A DNA stretch of 52,418 nt from a virus (IMGVR_UViG_3300023179_000148:1-52418); one strand, 5' to 3'; shown: positions 11,949 to 20,625, counted from the first letter of the stretch. Program-made: numbers and translations. Notes: a model not told the origin generated them from the sequence alone.

Positions 11949-12800
11949 ATGGACATAGAGAAAACAGGTGAGAGGAACTTCATGGAGATAGCACTACAGG
12001 AGGTAAGTAACGATCTAGCAATAACCCCTGAGTATAAGGGAATGTTGGAGCACATCAATGCTAACCTTCCTGCGATTAGCAGAGATTCTGAGAACTTCTA
12101 TAAGTCAGCGTCTCAGTTTAAGAACGTAACCTTAGACGTTACCGACCTTACCCCGATGGGTTCACTAAAGCACATCCTTGCGGTAATTGACCGCACCCGC
12201 ATGGCGCTAGAGGAAGCTCACATCTCAGTTAAGCGTAAGCAAATTGAGTTAAAGAAAAAGACCATCGAGTACGACAATGCCGAGGAAGGTCCTGACAAGG
12301 AACTTCTATGGGTAGATATCGTCGAGATAAACAACCACCTAAACAACTCTGAAAACTCAGTCAAGGGCGCGTTGCGCAAGTTAAGTTTCTTTACTACCCA
12401 ATATCAAGCTATAATGCAAAAACTTGGCAAGGATGAAATTACCGAGGAAGACTACGAGCTTAACGAGTCTAGACATCATGTAATGACCGCGATGAAACAA
12501 GCTCTAAACGCAGCTCGTACTCGAAACGGAGTTATCGATGAAGGTAATCATATTTATTTATTTGACATGGGTATCAACGGTGCAGTTGCCCAGGCTGAAA
12601 TTTTTGCCTATTTACAAGCAGAGCAAGAAATGCTTGCAAAGGGTGAAGAACCAACCCACGAGCTCACAGTTAGATGGCTTGAGGCTTGCGCCGACAAGTT
12701 TGCTGACTGCGGAGCTAAGTTCGCTGAACTACGTGGTTTCATTCCACTAGACAAGAAATCACTAGCAAAGGAGATTACAAGTGGCAAAGAAAGTAATTAG
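11949..12800 (+). CDS. Hypothetical helical/coiled-coil protein
   Basis: 283-aa ORF in operon context with a charged, helical composition. Confidence 0.65.
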   Translation: MDIEKTGERNFMEIALQEVSNDLAITPEYKGMLEHINANLPAISRDSENFYKSASQFKNVTLDVTDLTPMGSLKHILAVIDRTRMALEEAHISVKRKQIELKKKTIEYDNAEEGPDKELLWVDIVEINNHLNNSENSVKGALRKLSFFTTQYQAIMQKLGKDEITEEDYELNESRHHVMTAMKQALNAARTRNGVIDEGNHIYLFDMGINGAVAQAEIFAYLQAEQEMLAKGEEPTHELTVRWLEACADKFADCGAKFAELRGFIPLDKKSLAKEITSGKESN

Positions 12801-13080
12801 TTATAAATTAAACGCAGATGGTACTGTCCCTGATTATGTAGAAGATGGTGGCTACCTAGCAAAAGAACCAAACGACACACCCAATATGGTTGTGCTTGGT
12901 GTATCAAAAGATGGTGCTGATATTTCAGGTGCGGTGGCTGAGTTTGCTGATGAAGCAAGTGCTGTTACCTACGTAAACACTTATCTTTCTGATACTACAA
13001 CTACTGACCCAATTACAGGTGAAGAAAGAATTTTTGTAGTAGCAGATGCAGTAGCAGATCTGTTTTTAAAATTAGCATAG
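12781..13080 (+). CDS. Hypothetical protein
   Basis: AAGGAG SD, GTG start, overlaps the upstream stop. Confidence 0.65.
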   Translation: MAKKVISYKLNADGTVPDYVEDGGYLAKEPNDTPNMVVLGVSKDGADISGAVAEFADEASAVTYVNTYLSDTTTTDPITGEERIFVVADAVADLFLKLA

Positions 13081-13174
13081 TTTAAAACTTATCTATATAT
13101 AAGTACGTTTATAAGTGTAGTTATATTTTTACGTAGGTAAAACATACCCGATAATATATAACTTTTGCTTAATA

Positions 13175-13185
13175 TAATGTAAACT
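13175..13185 (+). promoter_or_regulatory. Putative -10 element of a leaderless transcript
   Basis: TAATG-TAAACT ends 6 nt before ATG 13192; no SD present. Confidence 0.55.
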
Positions 13186-13191
13186 ATACCT

Positions 13192-14232
13192 ATGATAAAA
13201 GTTGCCGCATATACCATCGCCCTAAACGAGGAGAAGCACGCTCAGCGGTGGGCAGACACTACTAAAGATGCAGATTTTAGATTGGTATGTGATACAGGAT
13301 CTACAGATAAAACAGTAGAGATATTAAGAAGTAATGGCGTTGTTGTCTATGAAATAAGTGTAAAGCCTTGGAGATTTGATGTTGCAAGAAATACTGCTCA
13401 AAGCCTATTGCCAGCAGATATAGATGTATGTTTAAGTTTAGATTTAGATGAAGTAGTAGATAAAGATTTTTTTAAAAAAGTAAAAGAACACTGGGCACCT
13501 GGTGCTAATAAAGGATGGTGTGACTTTGACACTGGTCACACTTGGCTTGGTGCTCGTTTGCACGCTAGAAATGGTATTTATTGGAAGTATCCTATTCATG
13601 AAGTATTTGTTCCATCCCTTGACACTCCCTTAATGAGTTGTACTATTCCTACCAAAATGTATCATAAACCAGATAATACAAAGTCTCGTGGTCAGTATAT
13701 GACAATGCTTGTTGCAGCAAGTAAAGAATTTGGCGAAGATCATAGGATTTGGGTTTATCTTTGCCGTGAGTATTTTTACTACAGAATGTGGGAACTAGTT
13801 ATAAGTAGCGCTCAAAAAGTTACTGATTTTAGTAAAGATTGGTACGTAGAACGTGCGGCAGTTTGTAGATTTGCATCAGAAGCATGTAGAAATTTAGGAA
13901 GACTTGAAGAAGCTCATACTTGGGCAGATAAAGCAATATCAATTGATCCATGCGGTGAGGCTTATTATGAAAAAGTACGTTGTTACTATGAACAATCAGA
14001 CTGGAGTGGCGTCTGGGAAACTTGTAAATTAATTGCTAAATGTGAACCAACTAAGCATTATTTATCGTCTGAAGCACTATGGAATTGGATGCTAGACGAT
14101 ATGAGAGCTTTATCTGCTCACAATTTAGGAGATAAAGAAAAAGCAATAGAATATGGAGAAAAAGCCCTTAAAGGAAATCCGAACGAGACTAGATTAAAAA
14201 ATAATTTAGTTTTTTATCGCCAAGGTATTTAA
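13192..14232 (+). CDS. Glycosyltransferase family 2 with C-terminal TPR repeats
   Basis: I-A-L-N-E, DTGSTDKT, FDVARN, LDLDE (DxD) and IHE motifs of GT2-TPR proteins; helical TPR-like C-terminal half. Confidence 0.85.
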   Translation: MIKVAAYTIALNEEKHAQRWADTTKDADFRLVCDTGSTDKTVEILRSNGVVVYEISVKPWRFDVARNTAQSLLPADIDVCLSLDLDEVVDKDFFKKVKEHWAPGANKGWCDFDTGHTWLGARLHARNGIYWKYPIHEVFVPSLDTPLMSCTIPTKMYHKPDNTKSRGQYMTMLVAASKEFGEDHRIWVYLCREYFYYRMWELVISSAQKVTDFSKDWYVERAAVCRFASEACRNLGRLEEAHTWADKAISIDPCGEAYYEKVRCYYEQSDWSGVWETCKLIAKCEPTKHYLSSEALWNWMLDDMRALSAHNLGDKEKAIEYGEKALKGNPNETRLKNNLVFYRQGI

Positions 14233-15098
14233 TGATACAGCCAAACGTATTTTTAGCCCTTCTTGTAAAACAAAAAGAAGCCGTTCTTCCACTTTTTTTA
14301 GAAAGTTTAAATAATTGGGACTATCCTAAAGAAAACATATTTATCTACATTAGAACTAATAACAACACAGATAACACAAAACAACTTTTAGAAGAGTGGA
14401 TAGAAGAATATGGGGATAAATATAAAGGATTAATCTACAACAGCGAAGATGTGCCAGAAAAGGTAGAAAAATATGATGTTCATTTTTGGAATGGAGAAAG
14501 ATTTAGAGTTTTAGGAAAAATTCGTCAAGAAAGTATGAATCAAGCTTTGCTAACAGATTGCGAATATTACTTTGTAGTAGATATCGATAACTTTTTGTTT
14601 CCAGAAACTCTTAAAGAGTTAGTAAAACTAGACTTACCAATAGTTGCTCCATTTTTAAGGTATGCGGTTGCTTTTGGAGAAAATGCTGATACTCCTATAG
14701 AAGCTGCTAAGCGAGAAGGTCATATGAGTAGGTACTACTCAAACTATCACGACAAGGTAGATGATTTTGGATCAATTATTGCAGAAGATATTTACTACAA
14801 AATTTTAAATCAAGAAATAAAAGGACTAATTGAATGTATGTGTGTTCACTGTACTTATTTAATTAAAAGAGAGTATTTATCTGAACTTAATTATTTAGAG
14901 CAATCAGATCGCTGGGAGTATATGGTTTTTTCTAATTCGGCTAGGGATAAAGGGATTACTCAGTACCTAGACAATAGAACTATATATGGAGTTTTAACCT
15001 TAAGCGAAAATATAGGGGCTTCTAGATGGTGGTTTAATTACTTAAAGAGTAAAGAAAATAGAACAGAAAAATATAAATCTATTACTAGTTTTACATAA
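14232..15098 (+). CDS. GT-A fold glycosyltransferase resembling the COLGALT N-terminal / PLOD accessory domain
   Basis: Motifs VFLALL, DYPKE, NTDNT..LL.EW, HFW..ERF..L.KIRQ, YYFVVDIDN, IVAPFL, YSNY, VHCTYLI and MVF..SARDKGI..YLDN..YG occur in the same order as in those families. Confidence 0.7.
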   Translation: MIQPNVFLALLVKQKEAVLPLFLESLNNWDYPKENIFIYIRTNNNTDNTKQLLEEWIEEYGDKYKGLIYNSEDVPEKVEKYDVHFWNGERFRVLGKIRQESMNQALLTDCEYYFVVDIDNFLFPETLKELVKLDLPIVAPFLRYAVAFGENADTPIEAAKREGHMSRYYSNYHDKVDDFGSIIAEDIYYKILNQEIKGLIECMCVHCTYLIKREYLSELNYLEQSDRWEYMVFSNSARDKGITQYLDNRTIYGVLTLSENIGASRWWFNYLKSKENRTEKYKSITSFT

Positions 15099-16095
15099 TT
15101 CTATCTGTCCAAGTTTTTGGAGTTTTATTAGTAATAAACTCTAAAGGCAGGTGATAATTAAATTCTCTAGCGCCTTTGGATTTAATCCAATTTACTAGTT
15201 CTATTAATCCAGAATTCAACAAAGTAGTAGTTTTATAGTTTAAAAGTTCTCTTGCTAGATCGGCTGAGCAGTTAGCGTGAAACACTTCTTGAGGTCTTCC
15301 TGGCATATAAATTGGATCTAACTTAAAATTAATAATTACTGATAGTTTTTGGGCTAGTTCATTTATGGTAACAAACTCTTCATCTGGACCAATATTAACA
15401 ATTTGACCATCAGCAACATCGGTCTCACATGCAATCATAAGTGGGTCGATAACATCTTGCATAAATGAGAAACACCTTTTTTGCTCGCCATTTCCATAAA
15501 TAATAGGTTGCTTGCCTTGAAGCATTCTATTTATCATAATCGAGGCTACGTTTCTGTAGGGGTCATCAAATTTTTGTCTAGGACCAATGATGTTGTGTGG
15601 AACGAGTATTACATAATTAAGTCCGTGAGTGTCTGCAATATTTTTAATCATAAGTTCAGCCCCGTACTTTGCAATTCCATACGGATCCTGAGGCTTAGGA
15701 GTCATTGACTCAACAAAAGGAACTACATCTTGAGTTCCATACCTTGCCATAGAAGATAAATGAACAATTTTTTTAACATTAGCCTTTACACAAGCACTCA
15801 TTATGTTTGTAGTTATCTGCATAGTATTTCTGACAACTAGGGATGGAGAAAATACAGAGAGTCCTTCATAAGCAGTACATGCAGTATGAACTACTAAATT
15901 TACATTTTCAAAAAGAGGTTGGATTAGTTCTAAATTATCTAAATCTATATTATAAAAATCAACATCTGAAGGTACATTTTCTTTGTATCCACCTAGTAAA
16001 TTATCTATTCCTATAACATCATAGCCTTTAGCAAGAAAAGCATCTGCTAAATGACTGCCCATAAATCCTGCTACACCAGTTATTAATACTTTCAT
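15091..16095 (-). CDS. NAD-dependent nucleotide-sugar epimerase/dehydratase (extended SDR)
   Basis: TGVAGFMGSH Rossmann motif, SS, catalytic YGIAK, and GNGEQKRCF. Confidence 0.9.
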   Translation of the reverse strand: MKVLITGVAGFMGSHLADAFLAKGYDVIGIDNLLGGYKENVPSDVDFYNIDLDNLELIQPLFENVNLVVHTACTAYEGLSVFSPSLVVRNTMQITTNIMSACVKANVKKIVHLSSMARYGTQDVVPFVESMTPKPQDPYGIAKYGAELMIKNIADTHGLNYVILVPHNIIGPRQKFDDPYRNVASIMINRMLQGKQPIIYGNGEQKRCFSFMQDVIDPLMIACETDVADGQIVNIGPDEEFVTINELAQKLSVIINFKLDPIYMPGRPQEVFHANCSADLARELLNYKTTTLLNSGLIELVNWIKSKGAREFNYHLPLEFITNKTPKTWTDRIM

Positions 16096-16772
16096 TTGTT
16101 AATTGCTTTTTTTAGTTTTGTAATATCACTTTCAAAGTTTGTTATTTTGTATTTAGCAAAAGCATTTCTTTCGCGCTCATACATCCAAGGAGAGTTTATC
16201 GCAGAATACAGATCATCAACAGGTGCTTTACTAACTGCGTAGTGATGATGCTCTAAAATAACTTCAGGACAGTATCTAAGAGTTCCCATAAAATCACCTA
16301 ACAGTTTCCAAAAATTATCTATATATAGATGTAATAACTCAGGGGGGGCTAGATAGCCAAGTGTTCTTACAATATTTAAATCAAAACAAGTTCCGTTGCT
16401 AGGTAAACGATCCCTTTGAGCCAAATCATCTGGGTATGAAATGCCCATAGGCACATCTTTTATTGCATTAATAAGGTTTTCATCCCACTTAGGTGTCATC
16501 ACAATTGTGTCATCAGCTGCCCAAAGAATATAGTCATACTCGTTCATATACTTATTTGCCATTCGATTTAATTTTTCATTCACACCTAACTGCTCTGGTT
16601 TAGGCCCTATTTCATATTTAATACCCTGCATTCTTGGATATAAAGCGTGATCATCTTCATCTAAGCAAGCGATTATGTCTGAAACAGTTGAGTGGTACCT
16701 TAAAGAGTCTACTGCTCTAACAAATCTTTTAGGACGAGTTCTAGATGGAACTAAAATAACTGAACGAGTCAT
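16092..16772 (-). CDS. Glycosyltransferase (GT2-like, GT-A fold)
   Basis: ILVPSRTRP, LDEDD, AADD (DxD-like), WD, HLYID and EHHH motifs; ATGA overlap with the epimerase. Confidence 0.75.
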   Translation of the reverse strand: MTRSVILVPSRTRPKRFVRAVDSLRYHSTVSDIIACLDEDDHALYPRMQGIKYEIGPKPEQLGVNEKLNRMANKYMNEYDYILWAADDTIVMTPKWDENLINAIKDVPMGISYPDDLAQRDRLPSNGTCFDLNIVRTLGYLAPPELLHLYIDNFWKLLGDFMGTLRYCPEVILEHHHYAVSKAPVDDLYSAINSPWMYERERNAFAKYKITNFESDITKLKKAINK

Positions 16773-16778
16773 AACTTA

Positions 16779-16789
16779 ATTTTAACATG
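16779..16789 (-). promoter_or_regulatory. Putative extended -10 element of a leaderless transcript
   Basis: Minus-strand CATGT-TAAAAT (TGn extended) ends 6 nt before the ATG at 16772; no SD. Confidence 0.55.
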
Positions 16790-16793
16790 GAAT

Positions 16794-16832
16794 ATATAAA
16801 AAATAGGGATAACTCTTTAGAAGTTATCCCTA
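16794..16832 (-). terminator. Rho-independent terminator
   Basis: 11-bp inverted repeat TAGGGATAACT/AGTTATCCCTA (16804-16832) followed by TTTTTATAT on the minus strand. Confidence 0.75.
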
Positions 16833-16846
16833 CTTTAAATTTTGTA

Positions 16847-17989
16847 TTACTTAGAAATACCTTCACCCTTAATAACTGTTTCTTGTCCTGTAGCAAGATC
16901 ACGAACTACAACCGAAACGGTGTAATCACGACCTGCTCCAAGGGATCCAACATTTAGAGTCTGAGCCGTACCATCTGTTCCAATTGCAGTAGTTGAGCCA
17001 GTTTTATTATCACGGACAATAAGAGTTGCCCAAGATTTACTTGCATCAAAGTTTGGAACCGCAGGCATTGCAATAGCCACAGATAAGGCTCCAGAGGCAT
17101 CTACAACTTGAGATGAGATAGATGGAGCAGTGATGGTTGCTCTATCTGTCGTATCACTTCGGGCTGGAGTTGGCGCTGGTGTATTTGAGGCGACAGTTGC
17201 AACTACAGGGTTTGATATTACAGTTTCAGTATTTGTCAAAGTATCACGAATAACTGTTTTAACTGTGACGTTTTGATCTTGTGGAAGATTATTAATGGTT
17301 ACTGTACTTTGCCCCTGCGCAAGACCGACTGATGTAGTTGAACGCCCATCAGTAACTGTGTAAACAGATACGCTAGATGTTGATGGAATATCATTAATAC
17401 CAGTAACATCAATTGTCATTGATACAGATTTATCAGCATTGAGTGTCTGAGATGTAACTATAGGTGAATTAGCTGGAGCCACAGCAGGATCAGTTGGCTC
17501 TGTAGGCAATGTGACTGAAGAAAGTTGAATAATTTCATATGTAGGAGTCACCTTGACATCAGGTGCAACATAGACTGAAACTATCGAGCCTTGAGTAATT
17601 GGTTTAAGTCTGGTTATACCATTTGAATCAACATACTTAACTCCAGCACTAGCAGGAAGTTTTACAATAATTCCGTATGAATCAATTACCCGATTTGGTG
17701 AGTAACCATCCCAAGTAACAATTTTGTCAACAACACCATCAATAATGACTGCATACTTTGCTTTGGCAGATGGAGCATCAGTAAGTCCAGACATCTGAGG
17801 TGTAGATGTTATTTCATCTAAAGTAATTGCAAAGTAACCATCTGCTCTTGTTTGAAGTAAATCTTCGGACTTCATTCGAGATACTGTGCTTTGCGCATCT
17901 GTATCTGCTACCCAACCAGCAAAGGCTGGGCTAGCAATAAGTGTTAGCGTAGTGGCTAAACCTAATATACGTAATTTATTCTTTAACAT
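16847..17989 (-). CDS. Exported protein with Sec signal peptide and two FN3/Ig-like repeats
   Basis: MLKNKLR + hydrophobic stretch + PAFA; Pro/Thr-rich linkers; two similar beta-sandwich-like repeats ending RDxxTxxETVI; AGGAG SD. Confidence 0.75.
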   Translation of the reverse strand: MLKNKLRILGLATTLTLIASPAFAGWVADTDAQSTVSRMKSEDLLQTRADGYFAITLDEITSTPQMSGLTDAPSAKAKYAVIIDGVVDKIVTWDGYSPNRVIDSYGIIVKLPASAGVKYVDSNGITRLKPITQGSIVSVYVAPDVKVTPTYEIIQLSSVTLPTEPTDPAVAPANSPIVTSQTLNADKSVSMTIDVTGINDIPSTSSVSVYTVTDGRSTTSVGLAQGQSTVTINNLPQDQNVTVKTVIRDTLTNTETVISNPVVATVASNTPAPTPARSDTTDRATITAPSISSQVVDASGALSVAIAMPAVPNFDASKSWATLIVRDNKTGSTTAIGTDGTAQTLNVGSLGAGRDYTVSVVVRDLATGQETVIKGEGISK

Positions 17990-18023
17990 TCTTGCTCCTA
18001 GTCATTTTGTCTCTTAAGAAGCA

Positions 18024-18052
18024 ATACTAGTAGGTAGGCTAGTAAATAGCAA
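18024..18052 (-). promoter_or_regulatory. Sigma-70/SigA-type promoter TTGCTA-N17-TAGTAT
   Basis: -35 at 18052-18047 and -10 at 18029-18024 with an exact 17-nt spacer, upstream of the gene starting at 17989. Confidence 0.55.
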
Positions 18053-18057
18053 GTAGG

Positions 18058-18582
18058 CTATAAAACTGCTTTTTTACGCTTGTTTTTCTTCTTTAATTTT
18101 TCTTTTTTCTTTTCTAATTTGGCTGCTTTATCAATTTTTTCAGCTTTATATGCTTCTACTGCATTTGCGCTAGTTCTACTTCTCCAAGCAAAGTTGCACT
18201 CAGTGCAAGTAACAATTTTTGCTGTAGTCCATCTTCCAGTTGTTGATAGTTTTTCCACAGATGTTTCTAGTTTGCTAGGTCTAGCAGTACAAAACGGACA
18301 GTTAGGATATCTGCGCCGACGAGTCTCTTCTCCAAGATATGAAACTGAAAGAGTTCTACGAATTTCAATTTCATCTTTGCCTCCCCATATTCCCCAAATT
18401 TGTCTGTGTTCTAAAGCCCACTGTAAACAATCTTTTCTTACAATACAAGAAAAACATAAATTTTTAGCATCGTATTTTTCAGAAAAATCTTTGGAGAAAA
18501 ACCAGTCTAAATATTTTTTATTTGATGGCTTGGCACATAAAGCTTCACTTTGCCATTTAAGGCTTTCTGCTGGTTTCCACAT
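18058..18582 (-). CDS. whiB: WhiB-family Fe-S transcription regulator with C-terminal Zn-ribbon and Lys-rich tail
   Basis: WQSEALC...AKNLCFSCIVRKDCLQWAL...GIWGG, then CPFC...CTEC and a poly-Lys C-terminus. Confidence 0.88.
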   Translation of the reverse strand: MWKPAESLKWQSEALCAKPSNKKYLDWFFSKDFSEKYDAKNLCFSCIVRKDCLQWALEHRQIWGIWGGKDEIEIRRTLSVSYLGEETRRRRYPNCPFCTARPSKLETSVEKLSTTGRWTTAKIVTCTECNFAWRSRTSANAVEAYKAEKIDKAAKLEKKKEKLKKKNKRKKAVL

Positions 18583-18637
18583 ATACTTTATTTTAAACTA
18601 AAGTACTATAAATCTACTGACTAAAACACTATATTCA

Positions 18638-18976
18638 CTATATCTCTATCCATGTAGCTAATTCAATATTTTCTACTATATCACCATACTCAGTTTCAGA
18701 GTTTTCGTCACATACGGTGTACTCAAACTCTTCTTCTAAAATTCCACACCAGCCTCTGGTTATTTGACAATTTTCAATTAATTTAAAACTATCCCCTAAA
18801 GAGTGAGCAACTCCATCTCTTTGAATAGCAGATGCTAGTGCTCTAGAAACAAGATCATTATCCATATCTACATGATCTAAAGTGTAGTAAACGGTTGAGT
18901 TAGGGCTATTTTTACTGTAGCCAGAGCCACTCCACTCACACCAAAGTTCTTCCCCAGGTCTTGTGTCTTTTTTCAT
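18638..18976 (-). CDS. Hypothetical acidic protein
   Basis: 112-aa ORF co-oriented in the operon. Confidence 0.6.
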   Translation of the reverse strand: MKKDTRPGEELWCEWSGSGYSKNSPNSTVYYTLDHVDMDNDLVSRALASAIQRDGVAHSLGDSFKLIENCQITRGWCGILEEEFEYTVCDENSETEYGDIVENIELATWIEI

Positions 18977-18989
18977 TAATTTTTAAAAG

Positions 18990-19337
18990 CTATTCCTCTT
19001 CTGTAGAGTAAAAATTAAACTCAAAATCCTTTGAAAACTCATCATTTGTAAAATATATTTCTTCTTGTTTTTTTAGTTCATATATCCCAGCAATAGTTAC
19101 TGATCCACACATACAGCAGACATCTACAGAACCAGTGTTTATTATTGTTGGTATGTCTACGCCAACAAGTTTTACAAGGATATTGCCGTTCTCGTTTACG
19201 CTCTGAGGCTCCCATTTAGAGTGCTCTTCCATCCAGCACAACTCGCAAAGAGCCATAGGGCTAACCATTGAACTGTCTTCCATACATAGCCTTTCTTTAA
19301 GCGTATCTAGTAAGACAATTCTAGTTGTATTTTTCAT
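18990..19337 (-). CDS. Hypothetical CxxC-CxxC protein (start may be 19283)
   Basis: CELC...CCMC and an acidic tail; an AAAGG SD precedes the Met at 19283. Confidence 0.6.
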   Translation of the reverse strand: MKNTTRIVLLDTLKERLCMEDSSMVSPMALCELCWMEEHSKWEPQSVNENGNILVKLVGVDIPTIINTGSVDVCCMCGSVTIAGIYELKKQEEIYFTNDEFSKDFEFNFYSTEEE

Positions 19338-19338
19338 T

Positions 19339-19617
19339 CTATATTTGTTTTAAATCTATATTTACAAAAATTTTTTTATGCTTTCTTATATTTGCTCTTT
19401 CTTTGGGACTTAATCCACCCCAAAAACCAAATAATTCATTTTTAATAGCCCAGTCAGCACATTCGGTTTTGTGAGGACATTTTTTGCATATGGAGTTTGC
19501 CATAGCATATGTATTCATTGAATCAACTTTTCTTTCATCTCTGTCATCAGTGTAAAATATTTCTACACCGACTTCTGCGCATAACGGTTCTTCAAATTCC
19601 CATGGTCCACGAGACAC
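19339..19617 (-). CDS. whiB: WhiB-family transcription regulator
   Basis: LCAEV...ICKKCPHKTECADWA...GFWGGLSPKER; AAGGAG SD. Confidence 0.88.
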   Translation of the reverse strand: MSRGPWEFEEPLCAEVGVEIFYTDDRDERKVDSMNTYAMANSICKKCPHKTECADWAIKNELFGFWGGLSPKERANIRKHKKIFVNIDLKQI

Positions 19618-19663
19618 TTGGCTCTCCTTTTAAAGTTTGGTTATCGGGTTATTTACTTACAAA

Positions 19664-19987
19664 TTACTTTTGTTTACTCTCCAAGTCTCCAACTTCATAA
19701 CCGCATGCAGCATAACCAGCAATATCAATCCAAGTATCTGGTTGGTATCCAGATTTAGAAGCATAGCGAGCAACTTTTACAGCAATCATTGCCATCGCTA
19801 CATCTTCATTACTTACAGGGATACCAAAAATTATTTCCCATATTTTTGCTATTCTTTCAAAGTTTTCTTCAGGACCACCGTACTGTTTGTTGCGTTCTCC
19901 AGAAATAATTTTGGCCGCTTCTCGTAATGCTTCAACTCGTAAAGTAGTACCTTCGTTAGTTGTTGTCTTTTCACTATCTGATGTCAT
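19664..19987 (-). CDS. DUF6378-like all-alpha phage protein
   Basis: EAAKIISGERNKQYGGPEENFERIA..W...KVAR...DTWIDIAGYAAC. Confidence 0.75.
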   Translation of the reverse strand: MTSDSEKTTTNEGTTLRVEALREAAKIISGERNKQYGGPEENFERIAKIWEIIFGIPVSNEDVAMAMIAVKVARYASKSGYQPDTWIDIAGYAACGYEVGDLESKQK

Positions 19988-20192
19988 CTTTTATCCTCGC
20001 TATAACTTGGGCATTGTATTTTTTGGGAAGATTTTTATCAGAAGTGCTGTCAATAGTCACTTCATAATTAACATATTTTAGTGGGTCATCAAAGGTTATG
20101 GCAAGATACAAAGATATTTCTTCTTTGATATTGTCAATAATCTCTTGATGATTATTCCCAACTACAGAAAACTTATATGTAACTGTTTTCAA
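19974..20192 (-). CDS. Hypothetical protein
   Basis: 72 aa, TTG start abutting the upstream stop, fills the operon gap. Confidence 0.55.
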   Translation of the reverse strand: MKTVTYKFSVVGNNHQEIIDNIKEEISLYLAITFDDPLKYVNYEVTIDSTSDKNLPKKYNAQVIARIKDDIR

Positions 20193-20193
20193 G

Positions 20194-20625
20194 TTACAAA
20201 CGTTTCTCTAATTGATCTGGTCTTAAATGAACTCCTTCTAAAAGAGGAGTTTTATTATCGTCGCTTTTGATAATAATATCTCCATAGCGAATTCCTACAA
20301 CGCGACCTCTCCTTCCATTAAAGTCTTTACCGCTCTTATTATCAAAAGCATCAGACTTTATTCGCACGTAATCTGCCAAAACAACAGAGCCAGGAGTTAC
20401 TTGAATCCAAGTTTCGCCTTTTTCCTCTTTTACAAGAGCATGACCTAGTGATAACTTAGCAAAGATAGCAATAATATCTTTAGAGTAGTCAACTTTTTGA
20501 TCTTTATTCTTTTCTTTTACATCTTCCCAAGACTTGAGAAGAGTTAAAACAGAGTCACCAACAATTCTTCTGGTCTTGTTTTTTGTCAGTTGCTCTTTCA
20601 CCCAGGCGATATCTACATCAGCCAT
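20194..20625 (-). CDS. Hypothetical protein with SH3-like C-terminus
   Basis: AAAGGA SD; DYVRIK...NGRRGRVVGIRYGDIII pattern. Confidence 0.6.
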   Translation of the reverse strand: MADVDIAWVKEQLTKNKTRRIVGDSVLTLLKSWEDVKEKNKDQKVDYSKDIIAIFAKLSLGHALVKEEKGETWIQVTPGSVVLADYVRIKSDAFDNKSGKDFNGRRGRVVGIRYGDIIIKSDDNKTPLLEGVHLRPDQLEKRL

